The notes under the pieces: model-generated
What the model saw: the letters and a program-made list of their open reading frames with translations, nothing else
Database searches by the model: none
What the model was told of the DNA's origin: nothing
Source: Takakia lepidozioides
Lineage: Eukaryota; Plantae; Bryophyta
DNA length: 64,000 bases
Reading direction: 5' to 3'
NCBI GenBank assembly: GCA_030704615.1
Contig: CM060734.1
Span: 23,870,001 to 23,934,000 of the forward strand
Position numbers and translations under genes: made by a program
Part shown: positions 38,987-49,862 of the stretch, one piece after another
Layout of the letters: each line of letters begins with the position of its first letter
Position numbering within the stretch: position 1 is the stretch's first letter

Positions 38987-39601
38987 TGTCAAGGACGAGA
39001 ACATGACTGAACATAAAGAAGAGATCAGACTAGAGGTACAAGACTAGACAAGAAGTCAAGGTCGGCATGGCCGTATGCACGATGAGTAAATAGGAATCAA
39101 GATGATCTTTATAACAATGAACAAAAGTACAAGATATTGGAACACGACTTGAATACTGGAATGCTGGAAACTAGACTGGAGTACCAGATACTGGAAATTG
39201 GGCTAGAGTACTGGGAACTGGAAACAAAAGTAGCTTGAACTGGTGTTGGCGAGACTGAAGAGTGTCCAGTCTCGCCTCCTATATATACTGGCTACTAAGA
39301 AGCTTCCCCTATGGAGGTTTATTGCTGGAGAAGTTTCCAAGATTAAACAAAGGTTTCTTGATGAAGAAGCTTCCTTAAACAAATGAGATATCTTGATGGA
39401 GAAGTTTCCTCCAAAGGAAGCTTCCTGAGCAGTCAAGTTACTCTTGGTAATTTGGTAAACTCCCGGTAATTTGGTAAGTACTGGTAAATCATGGTAGATC
39501 ATGATAAATCACGGTAAATCATGGTAACTTCCGATAACATGGTAACTTGGTAACTTTCGGTATTTATTCCTGGTAAGTTCCTCTGGGCTATGTCCGTGAC
39601 A
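38987..39601 (-). repeat. 5' LTR, 615 bp, TGTCA...TGACA, with TATA box at 39287-39280
   Basis: Inverted termini, position just upstream of gag, second copy at 25955-26280. Confidence 0.88.
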
Positions 39602-39853
39602 GCGACCTCCGGACGTTCAAGTAAACCATTCACTGGACCTAGTATCAAACGTTCGGACTTCGGAGGTTGCATGTGCACATGTTACTTACAGACTCATGCA
39701 TCTCATGGTAGTGTCGCACATCCGAATGAGATGTGGGACGTTAGTTGTTTAACTCGTACTAATACATCATTTTCTCAGATTCCTATCAGAAACGTTGGAA
39801 CATTACAAATATAAACAGTGAGACAATACACAAATCATTTATGTTGCGATGAC

Positions 39854-40027
39854 GACAACCAGCATGAAGCCCAGTGATAATGGGCACATACCACGTTGGA
39901 TGTGGTTGTGGGTTCAAACCACGGTCTGGTGTGTCATGAAGGTGTCCACCTTTCAGCTGGAAGGCAGTAGCCCTTGTGGTGAAGTGACACCATAAGTTAC
40001 GCTCCCTTCGGGAGGCGTTCTACTTGC
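39854..40027 (+). mobile_element. tRNA-derived SINE, copy 2
   Basis: 12-bp TSD TGTTGCGATGAC (39842-39853, 40028-40039); A and B boxes; near-identical to copy 3. Confidence 0.9.
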
Positions 40028-40341
40028 TGTTGCGATGACAGGTGCCAGGGTCGAGCATATGCAATGTAATATTTACAATGGGACTTTATTTATTACATGC
40101 ACGATCAAAATTAAGTTCTGTCTTCACAAATGAACCATTGTACCGCTGCAAATCTCATATCTACGAGACTATGGTCTACTCCGTCCTATATACGTCTTTG
40201 GGCTCAGGCCAATTGAATGGCTTGCCCATGAACCGACATACTACCTGGGCTAATGTGACTCTTTCTTTCTTGGTGTTGTCGTACAACCTTCGTAGCATTG
40301 AATCCCAACAACATCCCGTAAAGTCCTTGAACATATTTTGA

Positions 40342-41860
40342 TCATAATGAGCGCCGCCATGTATTCATACCGCTATCTTCCCAACGGCAAAGGCCTCCGA
40401 CGTCATGTCTTGGGGGGGGGGGGGGGCGGGCATTCGCATTAAGAACCGATGCAATATCTTTTTCCACCCACCATCTTTTCGTGAGTTCCCGGTCCAGCTT
40501 GTCTTGGTTTTCAAACTGGTACGACGAGGCTTTGCGTATGTCCAATGGGGTGACGAAGCCCCAATCACACACCCCAATCTTGATCTCTTCGGTGCCATCT
40601 GGAAAATGCAACAAGATGTTGTCGGAGGACAAGTCGTTGTGCATGACACCGTTCTTATGGACAACATTCATGATGCACAGCAGTGCCCATGCAAGTTTAC
40701 TGCGCAATTTCCGGAAACAAAGCAAGCGATCGCATTCCTGGGACTCTGCTTTCGTTTTTTTTTTTTCCAGAATCACCCTGTTGTTCCTATCGTTGCCCCA
40801 TTTTATGTCAAGGTTCATCATGTCGCGTATTGTCTCCCCATTCCACCAGCGAGTGTAACCTTCTACCTTACGTGCATTCACTACAAAATATGAGATAACA
40901 CCCGGATGCTGGAACTTCACTGCCAAACACTCGTCGTTATTTTGTCTCAGCGTCTTTTCTGGATTTTTGGACTTGGGTTTTTTTTTCCGCTAGCTCCCAA
41001 CGCTCCGATATTCTAGAATCGCCAACAATCCTACACTGACGGACCTTAGCATACCCTCCTTCTTTGTAAGGGCCAATCTCTACCACCTTCGCACTTGAGT
41101 TCACGTAGTAAAGACCAGTTGTGCCTCCCCCGCCTGATGACCCCGTCTTCCAAGGGACAGCCCTAGTCCGGCGATGTGAATTCTGACTTGCCGAATAAGC
41201 CCAATACTCGACACGCCGCATTAACTCAACTTCGGCGGAGGGCACTCGACCCTCGGTTGTTCTACCCTTCCATGTCGTCATTAGCTGCCTCAAATTCCAC
41301 GTGGCGTCTTTCGCCCTGGTTTGGATCCACCGATTGAAATTCAACTTGTCCCCGTCCACCATCCACTTAACCCCCGCCAAAGCGTCCGTCATTTTTCTCT
41401 CCATATTCTACTGGAAAATCTGAAACCCCTCCCAACCATGCCTAACATAAGCACTCTGCAGCCTCATCATGTCCCTACCCCTGAAAAAATATATATATAT
41501 ATGACGCCTCTCGAAGGCTCCCGAAGGGAGCGTAACTTATGGTGTCACTTCACCACAAGGGCTACTGCCTTCCAGCTGAAAGGTGGACACCTTCATGATA
41601 CACCAGACCGTGGTTTGAACCCACAACCACATCCAACGTGGTATGTGCCCATTACCACTGGGCTACATGCTGGTTGTCAAAATAATTACCTTTGAAATAA
41701 TTAACTACCACTTCTTTCACCCTATCCAAGGCATCCGGTCCCGGGTAGTCTTGCTTGTTGACCTGGCTATCCCGCTCGTGGGCACGTTTTCTCTTCCTCC
41801 GACCCCCAGACGAAACCCCGTCCAAGAATTTGAATTCACAACCCCCGACATTGTATAAAC
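40342..41860 (-). pseudogene. Intronless protein kinase pseudogene, interrupted by SINE copy 3
   Basis: EGGYAKVRQC (Gly loop), HPGVI, MHNDLSSDNILL (catalytic loop), VCDWG (DFG equivalent); removing the SINE joins YFKGNYF-FRGRDMM in frame; stops and frameshifts. 5' end approximate. Confidence 0.8.
41492..41678 (-). mobile_element. tRNA-derived SINE, copy 3
   Basis: A box TAGCCCAGTGGTAA, B box GGGTTCAAACC, (AT)n tail, probable short TSD AAAATA. Confidence 0.88.
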
Positions 41861-42481
41861 TTTTGCCCACTACAGGGGACAAAACTTTAGAAAACGGCAA
41901 TGGATGCGTGTGGATGGTATCTTCGTAGTTTTCGCAAAAAAACAGGTCACCAGAGAACGAAAAACGGCAAAATGGTGCTACGATGATTGAACCGTGAACA
42001 AGGGTGTGGGACTGACCAATAAAAAACCGACAACCCCCCCCCCCACATACACACACAAAAAATCACCTTCGCACGTCCCGTTGGCAGTGCCAAACAACGA
42101 AGTCCGAAAGGACTACAGGATGCCAAAGAACCACACCACGAGAGGGTCAAAAGTGATCAGAAAGGGAGGGGAATGGTTTATATAGCCCCCCCCCAAAAAA
42201 TGACATTATGCTTGAAAATACACGACAGGCCAGTGGCGCCTCGCCACGTGTCAGCGCGGCACGACTGGCCAGTCGCACCTCACCACGCGCACCCACATGG
42301 GAGAGGTCAAGGTTCAAAACCACTCCCCCCCCCTCCTCTTCCATTTCTTTCGTTTTTCCTGACCCGTGGCGCCTCGCCTCTGAATGAGCGTTGCCCTCTA
42401 GCAACTCTCCAGGCCAAGTCACTGCAGTTGTGAATGCTACTAGTGTCAGCATCTTGGATTTCCAAAAAAAAAAAAAAACAT

Positions 42482-45345
42482 GCGACCGCCGCATGGCGGT
42501 CGCTATATTAAAAAAAAAACAAATAAGAGCGACCGCCACATGGCGGTCGCTTCATTATTTAAAAATATATTAAATAAGCGACCGCCAAACGGCGGTCGCT
42601 TTATTTAAGAATCAAAATCAAATAGGGCTTACCTTTCCCTTGACCTAGTTCAATATGCTAAGAGAGCCCCTCGAGAACCAATACCCTTATGCTTTGACCA
42701 TGCACCAATTACCCTCTCCATAACCCTACCGGACTCTTACAGAAGGGGTAGAGGCCTTTACAAAATAAATAAAGCCAGAAACAACCTTGACATTCATCAC
42801 AAAATCCAGGAGAGGAAGTGGAAATTGCAGGCGGGTGTCAATTGGTCCACAAAAGGAGAAAAAATGAATAAATATTTTTTCGACAAGACAAGATTGAGAT
42901 GTGTCTCTCAAACAATTTCTTAGCTCATTGAACAGCCATCAGGCACTTCAACTTCTACACCAAAGGCCATGGCCATGCTGGCTGGCAGACACTTCCATAC
43001 GTTTTTTAAAAGTGACCTCGACTCCTTGCAACCAACAGAAGAACAAACATCCTGTTTGATACACACCCCTACCCTGCTATCCAACCAGTTCGCTTCCCAA
43101 CTAGAAGGAGAGTTCACAAATATAGAGCTGGGTGAAGCATTATCCAAACTACAGAACAACAAATCTCCAGGCATAGACGGTTTATCAGTGGAATTTTACA
43201 AAGCATTGTGGCCGGAAATCTCAAGGGATTTCACTGCAATGGCAAACCACGTGTTTCAACGGGGACACATGCCCCCTATTATGACACAAGGAGTTATACC
43301 CTTACTCTATAAAAATGGTGATAGAATAAACATATCCAATTATCGGCCCATAACCCTCCTCAATGTAGCTTACAAGATAGTGACGAAGGCACTGGCCCTT
43401 AGATTGCAGCCTCTCCTTCCAACTATAATTAGGCCAAATCAAACAGGGTTTATCAAGGGTAGATACATATTGGATAACCTCCTTCTAGCCCAGGAAATTC
43501 CAGACTTCGCTGCTAGAATAAACCAAGCTATTGTCCTCCTCATTTTAGACTTTGAGAAGGTTTTCGATCGTGTTGAATGGTCATACCTGCTGGCAGCCCT
43601 GGCCAAATTGGGTTTTCCCCAATCCTTTTGGAAATGGGTCAGGATATTACTCACCGATGCATCTAGCAGAATCTCAATCAATGGGCATTTATCAACTTCG
43701 TTCCCTCTACAACGTTCAGTGAGGCAAGGGTGTCCCCTCTCACCGTTCCTGTTTCTGGCGGTAGCAGATACACTAGGCTATATGCTACAGCAAAATCAGT
43801 TTATAAAGGGCCTCAGGATCAACTACATTACCAGGCAGTACAATTTCTTGGTAGACTCGATGTTTGTTGATGATACCTTTTTAATGTTGCAAGCCACTCC
43901 GGAAAACTTGGACCAGGCAGGGTTTACCTTGAACAAGTTTTGTGCAGCATCTGGATTCAAAGTAAACTGGAATAAGACTTCGGGTGTTAATAGAGTTCTC
44001 AAAGTTGGGGAATACCTACAGTTCCAGGGAGCCCTCTTGTGTGCTTGCTGTTCCATTGCAGTATTGGAATCCATCGAACATTGCCTTCTCTCATGTCAAG
44101 CACCAGCCAAAATCTGGCCATATGTTAAGTCATTCTTTACATATTGGGATAGAAGATAGCTCACGGATACAGACCTCCTTCTTAACTATGACCCAGCTTC
44201 CAAGAATAGAACCCTAAATTGCCCAGTGTTTGAAACCATCAGAGCCTCTACAATGTAGCACTTATGGAAACTACGTTGTAAGAACACTTTCTAAGGCCAC
44301 ACAACAACAACATCCTCTCTCCTTGCCACCGTTTTTTGGGACTTACAAACTGAGGCTAGGAAAGCATGGGGCAAACTCTGTGCAAACATTGAAGGTGATG
44401 TCACGAATGCAGTTGCGCTCCATAGGAAGTTTCAACACACCTGGGGCAGACAGGGCCTCATATGCAGCAGCCCTGTGCAAGACAAATGCAGCTGGAACGA
44501 GCTCCCCTCTTCGTGCACCACTCCACTCTTTCCCCAGAGTTTGAACGGGACATTAACTGGAAACATCAAAAGCCTTCATCGACTGCTTCTAAGCTGCACT
44601 ATAGATAGATCTCTGTCTCAGCTCCCCCATATTCAAAGATCTTCTTACTCTCTCCCGACATCGCTCTCCCTGCATCATCGTAGACAGGGTAGAGTATGCG
44701 TTGTTAAGATTTAGGTCTCGGGCAAAGAGCCCTGTTTTTTGGTCTCTTGTACTTTCCTCCAATCGTAGGTGTTTGGCTCCTGGATCACGGATCTTTGTGT
44801 AAGTGTCCATCACTAGAGGCACGGTATTTTGTTCTACAGACTTAATCTCCATCAGGAGATGATTGGCTCTTAATACACTGAATACGGTGTGTGTGCCTTA
44901 TGGCGACAACGGGGTTTTAATTTTTTTCCCCTCAATAATTATCAATAAAGTAACCAGGGATTCAATTTAAAAAATAATAAAAAATAAAAATAAGCGACCG
45001 CCACATGGCGGGTGCTGCATTTTTACAAAATATATCAAATATATAATAATAATAATATAATAAACTGCGAGCGACCGCCAATCTGGGCGGTCGCTTAATT
45101 TAAAACATAATAAACTTCAAGCAATCGCCAATATAGGCGGTCGCTTATTTTAAAATATAATAAAATACAAGCGACCGCCAATATGGGCGGTCGCTTCATT
45201 TATAAATTAATAAATTACCGGCGACCGCCAATATAGGCGGTCGCTTAATTTAACAAAATATTAAATTACAAGCGACCGCCAATATGGGCGGTCGTTTGAT
45301 TTAAAATATAATAAATTATGAGTGACCCCAATATAGGCAGACGTA
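42482..45345. repeat. Array of ten palindromic GCGACCGCC-N4-6-GGCGGTCGC units with ~50-bp period, split by an L1 insertion (3 units at 42482-42599, 7 units at 44993-45345)
   Basis: Unit starts at about 42482, 42528, 42578, 44994, 45071, 45121, 45171, 45221, 45272, 45322; AT-rich spacers. Confidence 0.92.
42900..44992 (+). mobile_element. L1-clade LINE, 5'-truncated and internally deleted
   Basis: RT motifs KSPGIDG, NYRPITLLN, QTGFIKGR, LDFEKVFDRV, SVRQGCPLSP, MFVDD; jumps straight to the C-terminal Cys domain (CACC..ESIEHCLLSC); A-rich tail. Confidence 0.92.
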
Positions 45346-45759
45346 TTTTTTAAAAGAAATTAATAAATATTAATAATTGACCACGTCTGTTTTATACCGT
45401 GGCTGCCATGTCATTAGAAATAGTAGAAGTAAATCTAAAAGTCAAATGTGAAAAAAATTACATGGGTAAACGTCCGGATCCGACGTGACGTGATGCACGT
45501 CGGACGTGACGGCCGACTTGTTAGCGCCACGTCACGTCAGAAATGATAACTAGGGTGGAGAGGTGTTGGAAGGGTCTGGGAAACTGCGCGAACTTTCATT
45601 ACATCTGCAAGCAATGCTGCACGACTATGTTCTTCACAACCATGATAGCATGGCTCCTTGGCTTGAGTGAGTGACTACTTTCCACTAACAGGTCATATGC
45701 ACCTTGTTGTATATTTGAATTTGAGAAACTGTTTGGTAGTGTCATTTGATTGTACTTTT

Positions 45760-46749
45760 GTGAGCCCGTAGATCATCGTTCAACAGTTGTCTGTGGTTTA
45801 TCGACAAGAAATATGAGATGGCAAATGAGACTATAGAGGTTGGTCTATCACTGCCCACTTTTGCAACTTGGATAGTAGGAGCTGTTGCAGACTACGTGTC
45901 CTCATACACTTCCATGGATGATGAGGCAGTCATCGAACAAGTTGTGGATCTGTCAAGACCACCATCCCTTCATGCTATGTCCTTTCCAAGAATGAGTGCA
46001 TATAGAAACCACTACAGACTAGCCACCTTGCGAGGTGATAGCTTGGTATCATATGACAGTGGTGTCACTTGCGTTTTTCAGCAAGACTCACCAAGTGCCA
46101 TTGGGGGGTCCCATACAATACATCTTATTTGCGCTATGTTGGAGTTGTGAAGGAGATATTGCAAATTGATTATGGAAAGACCCGCCCTGTTGTTTTCATA
46201 TGCGCTTGGGTGCGTGCCAACATGGTGGGGCGGAATGCGTCCATGAAAGAGGATGAATATGGGTTTACTATGGTGAAGTTCTCCCAGATATTGCTTGCTC
46301 ATGAACAACCCTCGCAGGTTGAGCAAGTATTATTTTCAGAGTCAAAACAAGAACGAGGTTGGAAGATTGTGTTGGAGAAGAACCCAAGATCGAGTCGAGT
46401 GGTGGCTGACGTTGCAATGTCACTGACAGATGAAGTTGATATTGCTGGTTTGGCTGCTCCCAACAAAGTAGTTGATGATGCTCCGTTGAACGATACTGTC
46501 CATGCCGTAAAGGTGACACCAGAACAAATGCAGGCCATAAATCAGGACATTGTTGACGATGCAATGCATGATTCTGACACAGAGGAGGGTAGTGAAGGTG
46601 AATATTGCAACGAGGATGAAGCAACCAGTGACGGTGCCTCAAGCAGTGAGGATGAAGATGAGCTTCTAGAAGCATGTGAGAAAGAGAAAAAGCAGCTCAG
46701 GAGGTATTCATTAATTGTCAATTTAGTGGGAGACAAACACAAGCTATAA
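45760..46749 (+). mobile_element. CACTA TNP2 C-terminal (DUF4216-like) fragment with acidic tail
   Basis: SYDSGV..YVGVVKEILQIDYG..VVFICAWV..DEYGFTMV..PSQVEQVLF..GWKIVL; frameshifted. Confidence 0.85.
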
Positions 46750-46832
46750 GGGGGAGAGACACCTGCTGAAAAGCTGTCAAGGATTCCCAGTGGCGGCAAT
46801 GGACTCAGTGTGTATTTGTGTGCCATGCTCAG

Positions 46833-46941
46833 GCAATACAAGAAGGTGGTAGCAATAAGTCACCCCATCATTGGAGCCACAGATTCTAGTCCGGCTGATA
46901 CACGCACAATTCGTGGAGACTTATGCATTGACATTGGCAAG
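46833..46941 (+). pseudogene. Isolated nucleoside diphosphate kinase exon fragment
   Basis: KKVVAISHPIIGATDSSPADTRTIRGDLCIDIGK resembles the NDPK IGAT..PGTIRGD segment; bounded by CAG and GT. Confidence 0.6.
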
Positions 46942-47762
46942 TGTGTTGATTCTAATGGTATTTCTAGGCCCGGGGGGGGGGGGGGGGGGGGGGGGGGTCA
47001 TGGTAAATGAAGCCAAAACTTGGTTACAGAAGCTGCCAATTCATTATGGTCAAATTAACAGTGCCCTTCACAAAGGTGCTTGGGAGAATCCAAAATTGGA
47101 AGTAGTAGCAGAGGCACAATACTTCTTTGCCAATGGACTATTCATGTTCTTGGCTCGAGGAAAAGTTTATAATCGATGACATAATTTTTTTTCAACATGT
47201 GGATTCTATTTCTGTTGTCTGTACACTAGGTTCAGTATAGAATGAAGTCCCTAGTTGGTGGGTGAGAAACAGCCCGGCTGCCAGTGTGAGTAGACAAAAA
47301 AGACATAGTATATGATCCCTGCACTACATGCTGAGGTTTCAATTCTCCAGCCCCCATCATAGATCAATCAATCAGACATTGAATTGTTTCATTATACTGA
47401 TCTTCACGTATGTTTTGTGCCAGTTGACCATTATGCAGCTTGTACTCCAAGAGAGTCAATTTGCTTTATTTTTTGCGTACCTTTTGGCCCTTGTTTGAAC
47501 AATCCTGCCTCCAACGATCCTGCCTTTCCCACATGATTTTTTTTTTACCTTGGCGCCCCACATTCATACCACAATGGTCTTTCACAACCTGACCATTCAT
47601 GGGGTTAATGGCCGCTTCCCTTTGGAGCAGCAAACAATGATGCCTCTGTATGCAAAGTGATCCAAAAAAACGGCCATGGTGTCTGTCCTGTGTGATATCA
47701 CAGTGCTGCAACCACTTGGCTTAAACCTGTGAATCATTTGAATGAACGGACGGTCAAACTGA

Positions 47763-49862
47763 ATGACATATCATCCATTCACATTCATCTATTTAATCTA
47801 CAGTGCCAGGGACGACTGTGATAAGCATCCACCTTGGTCTGTCGCTATACTGAACCTCGCACTTGCCAACTCCGTGCGGTGTTCGATGGCTCCGAATTCC
47901 TACGCTATAGTTTGCTGTCCTCCGCAACTTGGGAGAGCCTGGATCCCAAACGAGGGAGGATTTTGCAGAGTGACTGAAACTTACCTTTGTTCCAAATTCA
48001 AACTCAAACCGGGCACAGTTTATTTGGAAGAAGAAAGGAAGGATGTTCCTGGACAGGTTGACGAGACCATTGTCGTGCTAGGTAACGACGGAGGTTGCGG
48101 AATCGAATGGCACGTTCCCCCGTCAGACACCATCCTGTACCGAGCTGTGGGAATGCCCATTCCCTTTCCGAATCAGTCGCTGCCCACACCATCCACAAAG
48201 GAGTCCGGAAACCGAGAGGCGGCCACTGCCAACAGAGAGGTATGCAACGATAATCATTCCCGACCTGGACCGTCAAGACCCTCCATAGCTTCTCGTGTGG
48301 ACGTATTCGACATTTCCGACGAGGAAGATGATTGCATTGAGGTACCCATGTCCTCCACCCAGTCGTTCAAATCCGGCATGGACGTCTCTGTAGGTGCTAC
48401 GCATGTGCCCTCGAGCATAACTCCAACCCGGTCCATTGTGCAGCTCCTACGACAACATCACCTCGATGGTTCTCGCTCCGAGCTGGCTGCTCTCGACTAT
48501 GCCAAATTCCCAGTCAGAAAGGTAACGTTTCTGCCTCCCGAAGTCGATGGCAATGTCATCTTCGAGTTTCCACCTGTTTCTTCGTCAAACAAAGCCTCCG
48601 GGATGTTAACAGACATGGATCGAAAGCATGACGGACACCCCTGGTGTGTGACGAAGACCAGTAGCACAAAAATTGCTGATGGTGTTCGTGTACGATATGT
48701 CTTCTGTGCGGGGAAGCTGAGGTGCCTCAATCCCACCTGCTTCCACTTTCTCTCCAAAGGAGGGCGGAGAAATGAGACGGATTGGACTGGCACAACGCAT
48801 CATCCATTCATTGTCTCCAGCCAAGCTCCTGCGGGTTCTTTCAAGTGTGCACATTGCAAAGAACCACCGACGTGCATGTCCATGTGCAGAGCCAAGCAAT
48901 ATTACGTAATCCATTTACTCCCGGACTTGACTAGAGCTTGCATACACGTTGGGGTCCACTGCCACCCCTTGGCGAGAGACAACATGCGTGAGGCTGTGCA
49001 GGAAGCACACGACATCATAAAAGAGGAGGTGAAATTGAGCCCCGGAGCCAGACCAAAGCAGATTCAGCTGAAGGCAGCCCACAAGATTGCTCTTGGCAAA
49101 ATCATGTCTGAAGATGGTTCCGACCGAGAGCCCTTGACCGAAGACGAGATGCGTGACCTCTTGGAGTCCGTCTCGCACGTTTGTAGTCCGAATGTGCGGA
49201 ATCACATCGTATCTTGCAAGCAGGAGTTCGGCAGGGGGTCGGACATGTACTCAATCCTGGAGGTGAAACGAATGACTGGATATGACTACATCCAAGGTAG
49301 CAGGTTTCCAGGGCAAGGCAGCGAATCCGATCGTTGTTACATTTTCAAAATGTCGACGTGTGGGCCTGGGAGTGGAGTCGACTTGGTCACTCGCATGACA
49401 ACTGGAAACTTGTCGAATGCTTGGGTGATGTTTGATCACATCAAGCGAATTACAAACCATCAGTGGGTGACTATGGGTGCGCATGTTTATGACTATCACT
49501 CCAAGAGGCTCATGACGATTGCAATCTGCGAGATGAAAGGGGATGACACACAGTCCGAGATGCATATGTGGGAGGGCATAAACGAGCAGATGGCAAGGGC
49601 GGGATTGCCAGAGCCCAATTTCAGGGGATTCATGGCAGACAACGCTCAGGCCAACTGGGCAGCGGTGCGACGTGTGTACGGTGAGGACCCCAATGTTCCA
49701 ATGGAGGAGAAAGAGAGATCTTGTGGATTCCATTGGATGCAGAGTCTATCCCACTACACTACCAAATTTGTTGCTAGCTCATTCCAGGCTGAACACTGTG
49801 TCCTTTGTACGGCGTGGAAGGATGCACCCACATTTGATGACGCGGAGGTTAAGTTTGCTATT
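47763..49862 (+). mobile_element. MULE transposase copy 2: open N-terminal ~660-700 codons (GCM-like domain, D1, D2, CxxH), truncated before the catalytic E
   Basis: Highly similar to 19080-20776 in reverse orientation; similarity stops at VKFAI; likely start MAPNSY at about 47887. Confidence 0.88.

Larger units (their letters stand above)
34915..39601 (-). mobile_element. Ty3/Gypsy LTR retrotransposon (chromovirus-branch, Tcn1/Tf1-sushi-like), 3'-truncated, decayed
   Basis: gag (PEKFDG, GLCLYCGEDDHITLNCP), protease ALLDSGASACFID, RT ([17 protein letters not shown]), RNase H (NYEIHDKELLAI, VYTDHKNL), integrase (HDLPAAGHFG..CNTC, SMDFITDLP, SDRGPQF, GQTERVN); stops and frameshifts; no 3' LTR. 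Confidence 0.95.

Noticed and set aside
39854-39935. Functional tRNA gene
   Set aside because: Non-canonical anticodon arm, 3' extension, TSD and dispersed copies indicate a SINE.
42482-45345. CRISPR array
   Set aside because: Eukaryotic context, no cas genes, and spacers are AT-rich and similar to each other.
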